A DNA stretch of 64,000 nucleotides from Squalus acanthias (Eukaryota). This document shows positions 48,593 through 62,184 of this stretch, piece by piece (within the stretch, counting starts at the first letter, position 1; the number at the start of each line of letters is the position of its first letter). The notes under the pieces were generated by a model. That model had not been told where the DNA came from. It saw only the letters and a list, made by a program, of their open reading frames with translations, and searched no databases. The translations under genes and the position numbers were made by a program. The DNA lies in NCBI GenBank assembly GCA_030390025.1, contig CM059441.1, positions 62,558,001 to 62,622,000 of the forward strand, written 5' to 3'.

Positions 48593-50147
48593 AATCCAGT
48601 TGCTCCCGAGCTTAAATCTGCTCAGTTACTCTTTGCTACAGATCAGAATTTGAGCGATGGAATGTCGATCATTTCCTCCCAGATCAGAGAGGACATGTGA
48701 CCACTCCTGGAATCCTCAGTGAGACAACCAATCTGCAAGCGACGTCTGGGCGTGACTGGGAATGTGGTTTACATTGAAAAATCTTACATATTTAGATATT
48801 ACTTATATAGATACGTATCACTTCTCAAGTTCAGAATAAGTATAAGTACATCGGAGCATGATTCTGAAATTGTACTGCAGTAATTAACGGCTGTTTTTAC
48901 AGGTCGAGACTCCAATGAGTGGAAAGTAGGATTGATTGCAACTGGAATCATTTTGAGTGTTGAACTGGCTGGGTTCTTAATCTTCAAGTGTGTGAGAAAG
49001 TAAGAGTAAAGATTTAATTTATTTTTTGAAAACCGTTACTTCAATCTTCTCTCCTTAAAGAAAGAACTTGCAGTTAGTTTCTGGTGCAGACAAGATGGGC
49101 CGAATGGCCCCCTTCTATGCTGTAAATTTCGATGATTATGATTTATACAATGCCTTTCATGGGCTTAGAACGTCCAAAAATGCTTTACAGGCAACGAAAT
49201 ACTTTTGAAGTGTAGTCACTGTTGTAAACTAGCAAAACTCGACAAGCAATAGGCGCACAAAAAGCTCCCACAAACGGCAAAGAGATAAATGATCAGTTCA
49301 TCTGTTTTTAGTGATGTTGGTTGAGGGATAAATATTGGCCCCAGGACACCGGGGGGAACTCCCCTCCTCTTCTTCCAAATAGTGGCCGTGGAATCTTTTA
49401 CGTACACCTGAGAGGGCAAACAGAGCCTAGGTTTAACATCTCATCCGAAAGACGGCACCTCTGACAGTGCAGCGCTCCCTCAGTACTGGCACTGGGAGTG
49501 TCGATCTGGATTATAAAGTGCTTTGGGATGTCCTGAGGTCGTGAAAGGCGCTGTAGAATTGCTACTCTTTCTTTTTATCTTTGTTTCATGGATTCAAGCC
49601 CCACCCTAATTCCTTAGTGCATAAAATGGGTCAGGAGGGGCCAACCTTTCAAAGGTTGAGAACCAGAACTAAATGATAAACTTATAAACGTACATTATAG
49701 TAACATACAGACACACAGTCTCACTGCTAACACAGCTACTGCTGGAGAACCAAGTAAGCCATTTGAAGCTAGCACGCAAAGTGGCTTTTGAAGTGTTTTA
49801 TTCCCAGCCGTGGTCTTGGAATTAGGATTGCACGCTCTCCTGCCAGTCTCTCTCGTTCCCTTCCTCTTTCTCTGCCTCATTCACCCTCTCCTTTCTCCTC
49901 TAATGCTCTCCCTCTCATCATCTCTCTCCTTTCACATTCTCCACTCTCTCCCATTTTCCAAGGGTTCTTGGCAGAATCCGCTCCTTCAGAAGAGCCCCTT
50001 CGTCCCCTGGAGTGAGCATTGAATCAAAACTCCACGCTGTCCAGCTTTACACTGGACTATTGTCAGAGTGTCAGGACACAAAGAGTTAACAGTTTCCTGT
50101 CAACACAAGGCTATGATGCTTCTTTTCAACAAAATGATGTTTTTTCA

Positions 50148-50302
50148 CTAGTTCCCCGCTTCCTGATTTGATTCACAGTGACACAACAACACTTTCTAAT
50201 TAAATCCACAGATGGAGCAGCACAGGAAGAGGCCATTCAGCACAAGCAGTGCGTGTCAGCAACTACTCCCCAGACAAGAAGTCGAACAGGCCCTCGGTAA
50301 GT
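50148..50302 (+). promoter_or_regulatory. Promoter + non-coding exon 1, unit D
   Basis: CTTCCTG 50159, degenerate AP-1 TGATTCA 50169, TAATTAAAT, donor GTAAGT 50297. The upstream block 49715-50110 is shared with units A and B. Confidence 0.65.
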
Positions 50303-51383
50303 AACGTAATGATTGTAATTCACTTCCATGACCAACGTCGTCCTTTGTTGGTGTTGAGAATTTATAAAGAAAGATTCCAATGATTGAAACCTTCTAAAGA
50401 TTTCTACTAATTATTGAGATGTGGGTTTAGGACTCAAGTCTGTCATGCAGGACTTCTTTCTAATTCAAGGGCCGAGGGAAGTCCAGCGACTTAAGCTCCA
50501 TATTCGAGGCCAACACTCCCAGCACAGTACTGAGGGGCGCTCCACTGTCAGGTGGCAGTACTGAAGGAGCGCTGCACTGTCGGAGGTGCCGTTTTTCAGA
50601 TGAGAGCTTAAACCAAATCCCCATCTGCATTACTATTCCACTTCTCTCCCTCCATCCCTCCTTCTCTCATTCCTATATTCCTTCATGTAATCCTTCCTTG
50701 CCTCCCTCCCACCTTGCTTCCTTCCTTCCATTCCGCTCTCCTTCACTCCTTCCTTCCATCCCTCCCTCATTCCTATCTTCCTTCCTACACTCTTGTCCCC
50801 TTGGATTGGAAAGGTCGGAGAAATAAATTTGGAGATTATAGGCCTATTAGTCTAACGTCTATTGTGGGGAAGTTACTAGAATCTGTTATCAGGGACAGAG
50901 TGACTGAGCACTTGGACAAATACGAACTGATCAGAGAGAGCCAGCATGGATTGTAAAGGGTAAATCATGTCTAACGAACCTAGTTGAATGTATTGAGGGG
51001 GTAACTAACTAAGGGTAGCGGAACTCTGTAACTCACTCCCCTAAAAAGCTGTTGAGCGTGGAGGTCAATTGAAAATGTCAAAACTGAGCAATAATATTTT
51101 TGTTAGGCAAGGATATTAAAGGTTATGGAACCAAAGCGGAAAGATGGAGTTAAGATGCAGCTCAGCCGTGATCTAATTGAATGGAGGAACAGGCTTGAGG
51201 GTTTGAATGGCCTCCTCCTGTTCTTATATTCCAAAACTGATCAGTATCAATAATCAAACGCAACATTCTTCAGTATCAATAATCAATGGCACCAGTTGTG
51301 GGTGGAATTTTCTACTTGGACTCAAAGATACCAAATACAGATCATGCTGATTGTCACTCGGCTCATTTCCTTTTCTATTACAG

Positions 51384-51515
51384 ATGAAAGAGGAGGAAGA
51401 CCTAGAAATCAAATCTAACCGCCGCATCAATTCCCTTAAAGATCATGATATTTACGGAAACTGCAAGTTTGATGAGAGTCCTGTGTATGGGAATGTAGAA
51501 TCTGAGCAAGAATGA
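51384..51515 (+). CDS. Terminal cytoplasmic exon, unit D: MKEEEDLEIKSNRRINSLKDHDIYGNCKFDESPVYGNVESEQE*
   Basis: Same acceptor followed immediately by ATG; the ancestral stop codon reads GAA, extending the frame by 5 aa. Confidence 0.72.
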   Translation: MKEEEDLEIKSNRRINSLKDHDIYGNCKFDESPVYGNVESEQE

Positions 51516-53104
51516 GAAACACGTACTCTGGGAACAGCACAGAAGAGAATCATTTGAAACTTCACTTTAACTTCCTAGAAACCACAGGACTTCAACGCCA
51601 ACGCCCCCACACCCCCCGGAAAAAATAAATTAGTTCTAAACTTCTTGGCATAATCTGATGCAGTTTCGTAGAGCTGATGTTATCTCTTAAATTTAAGTGA
51701 TGATACAGCCCAGATCATTCTCACTGGGTTTAATTGAGTGCATCCTCCTTCAGGAATGCCCCTCACTGTTGGAGTCATCCTTCTCTCCATTGTGATTATA
51801 AATGTCTTTAGGTATTGATCGATATTCCACCAGGACAGAACATATCAATTCAATCCTGTGTGTGCGTGTTTAAGGCAATTTTCATTTTGTTATTCTCTTT
51901 CCTGTCTGTAAATGTTTACAGAATGGTCGTTACCAAGTGCAGACTTCTGGGGAAGCAGGGTTAGAGGATAATTGGGCCAGGGCAGATCGGTATAATTTAC
52001 TCGCCATTTTAAAGTCATGCATTTTCTGCTTATTTTTATGTCATACTTTGATTTTATATTATCATTCATAGTTAAATAGCAAAGCGAGCAGCAATATAGG
52101 AAGCAGGGAAACAAATTTGGTTGGAGAATTGGGAGATTCTCTGCAGTACAGACTGAGGAACTGGGAGACACAAAACAAGTGCTCCAGCACCACCACTGGT
52201 GGAAGGGTGTAATTACAACGTGACATGTTTACATAGGCAGTTCTCATTGTAAATATGGATGGAGGAAATTATGATGGGGAAAGTTGCTTGCAGATGTAGG
52301 ATTTTTAATATATCATAGATGGATAAAACAGCTTTTATTACAGAATGAACTACAGCTACAATAAACAACTATTTTAATAATTCAATCTTTGTAAGGACAA
52401 TTAGCAACTGCTGTGATGGCTCAATGGAACGATGTGGTGTGACATAGAATACAGAGGCCAAGGTCCTAGATCCTGGTTCTGGTCTGTGTTCGATTAAAAG
52501 ATCTCGACCAGAAGCTTGGGTCAAGGAGTGGGAAAGTAGGTAACGCTCCTTCTTGTGACCTGTAACCGGTGACTTCCTCTGTTAAGCGTGGGTTGAGTGA
52601 AGACAGATTTGGTTTTGGTGTGCTGCACTCCATGGTCAAACAGCCCATTTGTCAACAGACGTGCAGAATGGCAACATATTTCTGGCTTTTGGTTGAACTT
52701 TAGTTGCCTCATAGGAACAGGAGGACGTCCATTCAGCCCCTCGAGCCTGTTACATAGGAACAGGAGGAGGCCCATTCAGCCCCTCGAAACTGTTACATAG
52801 GAACAGGAGGAGGCCCATTCAGCCCCTCGAGCCTGTTACATAGGAACAGGAGTAAGGCATTCAGCCCCTCGAGCCTGCGCCACCACTCAATTGGATCATG
52901 GCTCATTTGTACCTCAACTCCATTTACCTCCCTTTGCTCCTTATCCCGGTTTCCTGTTTCTAATCGAAACGTCAATCTGTGCTGCGGCAGTTGTGGTTCA
53001 GTGGATTTAGTACTCACTCTCTCGCCCTCTCACCTCCAGGTCAGAAATTTGTGGGTTCAAATCTTACTCTAGAGACTTGAACACATAATCCGACGCTCCA
53101 CAGT

Positions 53105-53495
53105 GCCAATACTGAGGGAGCACTGCACTGACGGAGTGGCAGTACTGAGGGAGTGCTGCACTGTCGGAGTGGCAGTACTGAGGGAATGCTGCACTGTCGG
53201 AGTGGCAGTACTGAGGGAGCACTGCACTGACGGAGTGGCAGTACTGAGGGAGTGCTGCACTGTCGGAGTGGCAGTACTGAGGGAATGCTGCACTGTCGGA
53301 GTGGCAGTACTGAGGGAGTGCTGCACTGTCGGAGTGGCAGTACTGAGGGAATGCTGCACTAGTGGAGTGGCAGTACTGAGGGAATGCTGCACTAGCGGAG
53401 GGGCAGTACTGAGGGAGCACTGCACTGACGGAGTGGCAGTACTGAGGGAGTGCTGCACTAGCGGAGGGGCAGTACTGAGGGAGTTGCTGCACTGT
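53105..53495 (+). repeat. 33-bp minisatellite (~12 units) expanded inside a SINE (52978-53735)
   Basis: Unit GGAGTGGCAGTACTGAGGGAGTGCTGCACTGTC. Confidence 0.92.
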
Positions 53496-53744
53496 TGGAG
53501 GTGCCTTCTTTCAGATGAGACATTAAACTGAGGCCCTGTCTGCTCTCAGGTAGACGTAAAGGTTCCCACGGCCACTATTGGAAGAAGAGCTGGAAAGTTC
53601 TCCCCAGTGTCCAGAGACCAATATTTATCCGTCAACCAACATCACTAAAAAGCAGGTGATCTGGTCATTATCACATTGCTGTTTATTTGGACTTTGCTGT
53701 GCGCAAATTGACTGCCGCGTTTCCAACATTACAACAGTTGGGAC

Positions 53745-56700
53745 CATTGTTTACTTTTGCTACTCTCTTCCTTTTTACATACTTGTAGAAGCTCTTATAG
53801 TCTGTTTTCATATTTCTTGCTATTTTACTTTCATATTCTATTTTTTCACTTTTTATCAATTTTATGGTTATCCTTTGCTGGTTTCTAAAACTCTCCCAAT
53901 CATCAGGCTTACTGCTATTCTTCACAATATTAAAATCCTCTTCTTTTAACCTAATACTGACCTTAACTTCTTTAGTTAGACATGGATGGATCACTTTTAC
54001 AGTGGAGTTTTTATATCTCAATGGAATGTATATTCGGTAATAATTTTGAAATATTTCTTTAAATGTTTGCCACTGCTTATCTAGCATAATACCTTTTAAT
54101 CTATTTTCCCAATCTACATTAACCAACTCGCTACTCAAACCTATGTAATTGGCTTTATTTAAGTTTAAGACTCTAGTTTTGGCTTAAGTCTGTCACTCTC
54201 AAACTTAGCGTGAAATTCTATCATATTATGATCACTCTGCACCATATGATCCTTTACTATGAGATTACTAATTAACCCTGTCTCAATACACAGTACAAGA
54301 TCTAAAATAGCCTTTTCCCTGGTTGGTTCCATGATGAATTATTCTGGGAAACTGTCTCAAATGCATTTCATGAATGCATCCTCCAGACTACCTTTTCCAA
54401 TTTGAATTGTCGAGTCTATATGAAGATTAAAGTCCCCACGATTATTGCATTACCTTTGTTACAAGCTCCTATTATTTGTTGATTAATACACTGTCCAATG
54501 GTATAGCTTCTGTTGGAGGCCTACAAACTACTCCCACGAGTGGTTTGTGCCCCTTGTTATTGTTTATCTCCACCCATACTGATTCTACTTCCTGATCTTC
54601 CGATCCAAGATCCCTTCTCACAACTGTCCTTATGTCATCCTTTATTATCAGAGCCACCCCCTTCTTTTCCATTCTGCCTATCTTTTTGAAACGTCGAGTA
54701 CCCTGGAATATTTAGTTCCCAACCTTGGTCACCTTGCAAGAATGTCTCTGTAATTGCTATTACATCAAGCCAGTTTATCTCTATTTGTGTCACTAGTTCA
54801 TCCATCTTGTTGTGAATGCTTCATGCATTCAGATAAAGAGCCTTTAATTAAAACATTTTACCATTATTCCCTGCTTTGACCTTATTCGCTGTTGCATTAT
54901 TACCGTTAAACTCTCTCGCTACACTGCTCTATTGCATTGACCTTTCTCTTAGGATTTCTAAATTTTCCCTCAGACTCTTTATAGTTTAAAGCCCTATCTA
55001 CAGCCCTTGTTATTTGATTCGCCAGGACACTGGTCCCAGCCCAGTTTAAGTAGAACCCATCTCAACAGAACAGCTCCCTCTTTCCCCATTACTGGTGCCA
55101 GTGCCCCATGAATCAAAACCCCTTTCTTCCACAAGAAACTTAGAGCCATTCTCTGATCTGAGTGACCCTAGTGACCACAATTCGGTGACTTTCACTATTG
55201 CAATGGAGAGAGATAGGGCCTTACGGCAGGGCAGGGTTTATAATTGGGGGAGGGGTAATTACGATGCGATTAGGCAAGAATTAGGCAGCATAAGATGGGA
55301 ACAGAAACTATCAGGGAAAGGCACAAACGGAAAGTGGAGCTTTTTCATGGAGCAATTACTGCGTGTCCTTGATAGGTATGTCCCTGTCAGGCAGGGAGGA
55401 AATGGCCGAGTGAGAGAACCATGGTTCACAAAAGAGGTTGAATGTCTAGTCAAGAGGAAAAAGGAAGCGTATGTAAGGATGAGAAAACAAGGTTCAGTTG
55501 GGTCGATTGAGGGGTACAAGGTAGCAAGGAATGAGCTAAAAAAAGAGCTTAGGAGAGCTAGGCGGGGGCATGAGAAGTCCTTGGCGGGTCGGATCAAGGA
55601 AAACCCCAAGGCTTTTTACTCTTATGTGAGAAATAAAAGAATGACCAGGGTGAGGGTAGGGCCGGTCAAGGACAGTAGTGGGAACTTGTGCATGGAGTCA
55701 GAAGAGATAGGAGAGGTGATGAATGAATACTTTTCGTCCGTGTTCACCGAGGAGAGGGGCCATGTTTTTGAGGATGAGAGTGTGATAAAGGTGGATAGGC
55801 TGGAGGAGGTAGATGTTCTGAGGGAAGATGTTTTAGCAATTTTGAAGAACCTGAGGGTTGATAAGCCCCCTGGGCCAGATGGGATATATCCTAGGATTCT
55901 TTGGGAGGCAAGGGAGGAGATTGCAGAGCCTTTGGCTTTGATCTTTGGGTCCTCACTGTCCACAGGGATGGTGCCAGAGGACTGGAGAGTGGCGAATGTT
56001 GTTCCTCTCTTCAAGAAAGGAAATAGGAATGACCCTGGTAATTATAGGCCGGTTAGTCTTACTTCGGTGGTTGGTAAGATAATGGAAAAGGTCCTGAGGG
56101 ATATGATTTATGACCATTTGGAAAGATGCAACTTAATCCGGGATAGTCAACACGGATTCATGAAGGGTAAGTCTTGCCTAACAAATTTGATTGAATTCTT
56201 TGAGGAGGTAACTAAGTGTGTAGATGAAGGTAGAGCAGTTGATGTCGTGTACATGGATTTTAGTAAGGCGTTTGATAAGGTTCCCCATGGTCGGCTCATG
56301 AAGAAAGTAAGGAGTTGTGGGATAGAGGGAAATTTGGCCGATTGGATAAGCAACTGGCTATCTCATAGAAGGCAGAGGGTGGTGGTGGATGGAAAATTTT
56401 CGGACTGGAGACCAGTTACCAGCGGTGTGCCACAGGGGTCGGTGCTGGGTCCTCTGCTGTTTGTGATTTTTATCAATGACTTGGAGGAGGGGACTGAAGG
56501 GTGGATCAGTAAATTTGCTGATGACACCAAGATTGGTGGAGTAGTGGATGAGGTGGAGGTCTGTTGTAGGCTGCAAAGAGACATTGATAGGATGCAGAGC
56601 TGGGCCGAAAAATGGCAGATGGAATTTAACCCTGATAAGTGCGAGGTGATTCATTTTGGTAGGGCAAATTTGAATAAGGATTACAGGGTCAACGGCAGGG

Positions 56701-58900
56701 TTCTGAGGAACGTGGAGGAACAGAGGGATCTGGGGGTTCATATCCACAGATCTCTGAAGGTTGCCACTCAAGTGGATAGAGCAGTAAAGAAGGCCTATAG
56801 TGTGTTAGCGTTTATTAACAGGGGGTTTGAGTTTAAGAACCGTGAGGTTATGCTGCAACTGTACAGGACCTTGGTGAGACCACTTTTGGGAATATTGTGT
56901 GCAGTTCTGGTCACCTCACTATAGGAAGGACGTGGAAGCATTGGGGAAGAGTGCAAAGGAGATTTACCAGGATGCTGCCTGGTTTGGGGGGGAGGTCTTA
57001 TGAGGAAAGATTGAGGGAGTTGGGGCTTTTCTCTTTAGAGCGGAGGAGGATGAGAGGCGACTTAATAGAGGTTTATAAGATGATGAGGGGGATAGATAGA
57101 GTGGATGTTCAGACACTATTTCCTCGGGTGGATGTAGCTGTTACAAGGGGGCATAACTATAAGGTGCATGGGGGGAGATATAGAAGGGATGTCCGAGGTC
57201 GATTCTTTACTCAGAGAGTGGTTGGGGTGTGGAATGGACTGCCTGCTGTGATAGTGGAGTCGGACACTTTAGGAACTTTCAAGCGGTTATTGGATAAGCA
57301 CATGGAGCACACCAGAGTGATAGGGAGTGGGATAGCTTGATCTTGGTTTCGGACAATGCTCGCACAACATCGAGGGCCGAAGAGCCTGTACTGTGCTGTA
57401 CTGTTCTATGTTCTGTGCCAATTTTCACATGGCGCAGGGAGTAATCCAGAGATTATTACCCTTGAGGTTCTGCTTATTAATTTAGACCCTAGCACCTCAA
57501 ACTCCCTCAGCAGGACCCCATTCTTAGTTCTACCTATGTTGTTGGCTCCTACATGGACCAAGACAATTGGATCCTCCCCCTCATGCTCCAAGTTCTTTTC
57601 CAGCCACGAGACCATATCCTTAACCCTGGCACCGGGTTGGCAACACAGCCTTCAGGAGTCTCTTTCGTGTCTGCAGAGAACACTATCTATCCCCCTGGCT
57701 ATTCTGTCCCCTAACACCACCACATTCCATTTTTCTCCCCCCACTTGGATAGCTCCCTGTACGACGGTGCTGTGGTCAGTTTGCCCACCCTCCCTGCAGT
57801 CCTTTTTCTCAACCATACTGGTAGAAATTACCTCATACCTGTTGGACAGGGCCAAGTGCCCAGGTTCCTCCATCACTACATCCTGGGTCCCCATACCTGC
57901 CTGGCTCGCAGTCACACCCTTCTGTCCCTGACCATTTAATAACTCTAAAGTACTACTTAACCTAAGGCCTGTGACTGCCTCCTGGAACAAAGGAAAATAG
58001 TAACTTAGGAACAGGAGCCCCTTGAACTTGTTCCGCCATTCAATGAGATCATGCCTGATCTGCGACCAAACTCCATATACCCGCCTTTGGCCCATATCCC
58101 TTAATACTTTTAGTTAACAAAAAGCGATCAATCTCCGAGTTAAAATTAACAATTGATCTAGCATCAATTGCCGTTTGTGAAAGAGAGATCCAAACTTCTA
58201 CCACCCTTTTATTGTAGAAGTGGTTCCTAGTTTCACTCCTGAAAGGTCTGGCTCTACTTTTTAGGCTATGCCCCTTGTCCTAGCCCAACTAGCAGAAGTA
58301 GTTTCTCTCTATCTACCCTATCTGTTTCCCTTAAGTGTCCAGGTAATTCTCCCCCATCCTGATGCATTGCAGTGTCTGCAGCTCGGACTCCAGCTCAACA
58401 ACTCTGAGCCGAAATTCCTCAAGTTGCAGACACTTACCGCAGATGTGGTTGCTTAGGATCTCGCTGGTCTCCACAAACTCCCACATGCTGCAGTTACGAC
58501 ACACCACCTGCCCTGCCATCGCTATCTAACCTTGTTTTATTTATTTAATTAGTTAAAGTTGTTATTCAATCGATTATTTTAGTTTTATTAATTAATTAGT
58601 TTATCTAGTTTAATTTATTAATTTAATAGAGTAACAGCAAGTTATTTCTCAGCTCTTAGTTTAACCAACTTGTCTAACTTAGAGAGCAAAACAAAATTGT
58701 AACAAACCGATCAACTACCCGCTGTCCTATGGCATCTGTCCTTGATTTTCCCGCTGTCCTATGGCATCTGTCCTTGATTTTTATTGTTTAAGAATTCGCC
58801 AAATAAATATACTGCTGTCGCTCAGGTTCACTCTGTCCTCGGCCTTTTCTCCCGCTTTATTTATGTCACTGCTCCTCCTCCTGCTGCCGCTCAGGTCCGC
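53745..58900 (-). mobile_element. Old CR1 (5'UTR, ORF1, endonuclease) split by nested insertions
   Basis: MAGQVVCRNCSMWEF..ICGKC (58331-58519), esterase remnants 57406-57990, endonuclease remnants 53745-54850. Confidence 0.85.
55160..57415 (+). mobile_element. Younger 5'-truncated CR1 with long RT ORF (609-aa track ORF)
   Basis: PGPDGIYP, GNYRPVSLTS, DFSKAFDKVPH, PQGSVLGP, KFADDTK; frameshift near 56885; TGTTCTA tail. Confidence 0.95.
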
Positions 58901-59576
58901 TCTTTCAAAGAGCCATCACAGACACATTGGTCTGATTGGCCGCCTTCTGTGCTGTGTGATTCTATGATTCTATGAATGTAGTTCCTTATCAGCAACTCTT
59001 TCTTTCCTGCTGAAATCATGAATATTGCAGAAGAACAGGGTACAAGAGGCGTTTGCCATCAGCATTTAGTATGAGTTCCAGTTCAGTTTTAAGAAACCCG
59101 AGTGAGACCATCAGTAAAAGTCATGAACCTAACACAGCTGCACTTGCAACACTGAGGCTAGAGGCGCTTGGCTACTGTGCTTCAAAGTATTTGCTGGAGT
59201 AGGGCCAGTGCTGAGTTTGGGGTCAAGTCAGTCTAAAATGCTGTATCGGAATCAACCTACGACAATATCGGTTTTGTATAAAAGAAAATGTTTTTTGTGT
59301 CTTCTGCTGTGAAGACAGATAGAAAGTATTTGATTAATGTCTCTTTCCATTTCCTTATTGCCCATTATAATTTCTCCTGTCTCTGCCTCTAATGGACACA
59401 CATTTATTTTCACTAATCTCTTCCTGTTTACATACCGATAGAAACGTTTACAATCTGTTTTTATATTTCTTGCTAATTTACTCATTCTTTTTTCTCTTTC
59501 CTTATCAATTTCTTGGTCCTTTGCTGAATTCTAAAATCCTCCCAATTTTTAGGCTTAATATTTTTGGCAACATTAT

Positions 59577-60433
59577 GGGGGAGAAATTCGGTATCGCCCC
59601 ATTTGGTGCGCAATTATCAGCTGGTCACAAAGTTTAGCGCCTGGCGTTAATTATCGCCTCTGACTGCAAACTTGGCTTCGATCGCCCCTGGCGGTGATTG
59701 GAGCGCTAAATCAGGCGCTGCACACCTCTCTTAAAGCGCTAACACCAAGTAGCGAGGCGCTAATTCAGAGCACTGGTGAAGCTCATGTGATGTCAGTCAG
59801 CAATGGAACACAGGCACAATGGCGCCAGCCAGTTCTTATATGTGAGGGTCGATCTTGCACACCATCCACACCCTGCTCATTGCAGCCTTGAATTTCGGCC
59901 TGGAGAGACCTGTACATCAATTCTGCTGGAAAGAACAATGGATAGTCCCAAGGAAAGAACTCAGAGTGCAACCCCCACAGTCTCTTCTAAATCGATGCAA
60001 GGAAGATCAAATCAAAATTAACTTGCAAAGTGCTGGTCAGTACCCAAAACTCCTTCACACAGCGTTGAATCTCGCCAGAAATCTCTCTCTCTCAGAATGC
60101 GTGGTGCAAAAATGTCGGGGACAAAAAAACTCAGGAAGCGGCCGCCTTTAAATAGCGCTCCCCCAGTCCCCGACTGCAAAACGTTCCCCTCAACCTGTCA
60201 TTGCAAGAGGCAGGCGGCAAGGCAGGGCATGCCGCTCAATATCTGGTCCGGGGCACTACCGGGGCGTTGCATGCTCGACTGATGTCACAATCTGTGGGTG
60301 CAGGAGATCGTCACGGTAGTGTTTAGCGCCGCCGGAAAATGTCTGGTCAATTTCGCGAGCTAGTTGCTTTGCGTCTAATTAGTGCTCTTTTAGGGCACTA
60401 ACGGAAGGCACAAAGCAACCGAATTTTTCCCCC
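59577..60433 (+). mobile_element. MITE family A copy in a CR1
   Basis: TAT TSD (59574-59576/60434-60436), same TIRs and body. Confidence 0.88.
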
Positions 60434-61046
60434 TATAAGCCTCTTCTTTTGAGCTAATACTATCTTTAACTTCTCTTGTTAGCAGCAGTTAGACTACTTT
60501 TCCTGCAGGATTTTTGTGCCTTAAAGGAATGTGTATTTGTCGTAAATTATGTATTAATTCTTTAAATGCTACCCATTGCTTGTCTACCGTCATACCTTTT
60601 AATATAGTTTCCCAATCTACCTCAGCCAACTTACCCTTCATACCTGAGTAGTTTGCTTTGCTTAAATTTAAGAACATAAGAACATAAGAAATAGGAGCAG
60701 GAGTAGGCCATTTGGTCCCTCGCGCCTGCTCCGCCATTCAATAAGATCATGGCTGATCTTCTACCTCATCTCCACTTTCCTGCCCTATTCCCAGATCCCT
60801 TGATTCCCTTACTATCCAAAAATCTATCGATCTCTGTCTTGAATATACTCAACGACTGAGCCTCCACAGCCCTCTGGGGTAGAGAATTCCAAAGATACAC
60901 CACCCTCTGTGTGAAGAAATTTCTCCTCATCGCAGTCCTAAATGGCTGACCCCTTATGCTGAGACTGTGAACTCTGTTTCTAGACTCCCCAGCCAGGGGA
61001 AATATCCTCCCTGCATGTACCCTGTCAAGCCCTGCAAGAATTTTCA

Positions 61047-62184
61047 GGGGGAAAAATTGGGTTGCGTTGCACCTCCCGTTTAACAGGGCGCAAAGCAACT
61101 AGCGCCCAGGCGCAGTGCCGCCCATGCCTCCCGCGAAGTTCAGCAGGAAGTTGGCGGCGGTGCTAACTGGTATCGCCCCGTGGTGCTGCGCCACTGCCGA
61201 TGACGTAATCGTTGTGCGCAGCGCCCTCGCCGCGATCTTCGGGAGCGCCCCCTGACTTACCGCCGGACGCTATGTTCGACGGGGTCAGGCGGGCCGACAT
61301 GCGGCCGGAGAGGTGCTGTTTAAAGGCGAGGTGCGGGGCGGCCATTTTTGTTGCTGGTCGCCTGCCAGCACCTGCCTGCGCTCCCGTCCACGGTCTGCTG
61401 TGCTCCAAGAGCCCAGCACTTCTCTTGAGTGCCGGGCTCTTTTGCCGGCACTCCCGATCCCCGGGGGCCCAGCTGGGCTCCACGTCGCACTGCGCAAGGC
61501 CCCACCCCTTTAAAGGTTGTTAACAGGCAGTTAACAGGCTCTTTCTCAATTTTGATACTTCTATTTCGGGTTTCGCGACATCCGGACACCACGCCAGGTA
61601 AGTGTGGCGTGCTGTGGGTCTGCTGTAATGATTTGCATTGATGACAGCTGCAGAAATGGTGTGAAGGATCCAATGGTGCACTGGTGAGCTTCAGAGGTAA
61701 GAAAATGTTGGGAAATTCATTTTTAATGCATTTAGACTTCTCTGCAGATAACAAGTTTTGAATTGTATGTCTAGTCCCACCTCATTGGGAGAACCTCTCT
61801 CACCAGTGACAGATCGCTTCTGCAACCTCACCTCCAGCTGCCATCTGTTCTAGCCGAAGGAGGGAGTCACTGGAGAGCCTGGGTGCAAGCACTCAACTGT
61901 GAACTGTCAGTGTTTGCAGCACCTCAATGCTGTCAAACACTGAGAAATGAGCTGTCAAATAAAATTGTTCGTGTTCCCTTTAACAAAACCGGCAGATAAC
62001 GCGTCATCAAATTACATCATCTGACCGGCTTCTTCTTGATTGGCTGGCAAGCCCACACAGCGGGCTTAACATGGCCAATCGAAGTAAAATCACGTCCGTG
62101 GGCCAGATGAAGTTGGGGGCGGGACTGGAACCTGGAAACCAGCTGATCCGCTCCCAAGCCGCATTGATCGAGAAAATCGCGGCC
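61047..62184. mobile_element. Composite of Harbinger-type MITE pieces
   Basis: Starts GGGGGAAAAATT and ends AAAATCGCGGCC. Shares GCGCAAAGCAACTAGCGCC with family A and CCCGGCACTCAAGAG with family B. Confidence 0.6.

Noticed and set aside
41264-51384. Unit C C2 exon splicing to the unit D tail to make a full receptor
   Set aside because: Phase 1 donor vs phase 0 acceptor, and no transmembrane exon was found between them.
53064-53531. Three overlapping repetitive ORFs (Cys/His- or mucin-like)
   Set aside because: The 33-bp SINE-derived minisatellite is open in several frames because its unit length is a multiple of 3.
55095-56924. Active or domesticated reverse transcriptase gene
   Set aside because: 5'-truncated CR1 lacking most of the endonuclease and a promoter, frameshifted at its 3' end; the ORF start comes from the flanking host element.
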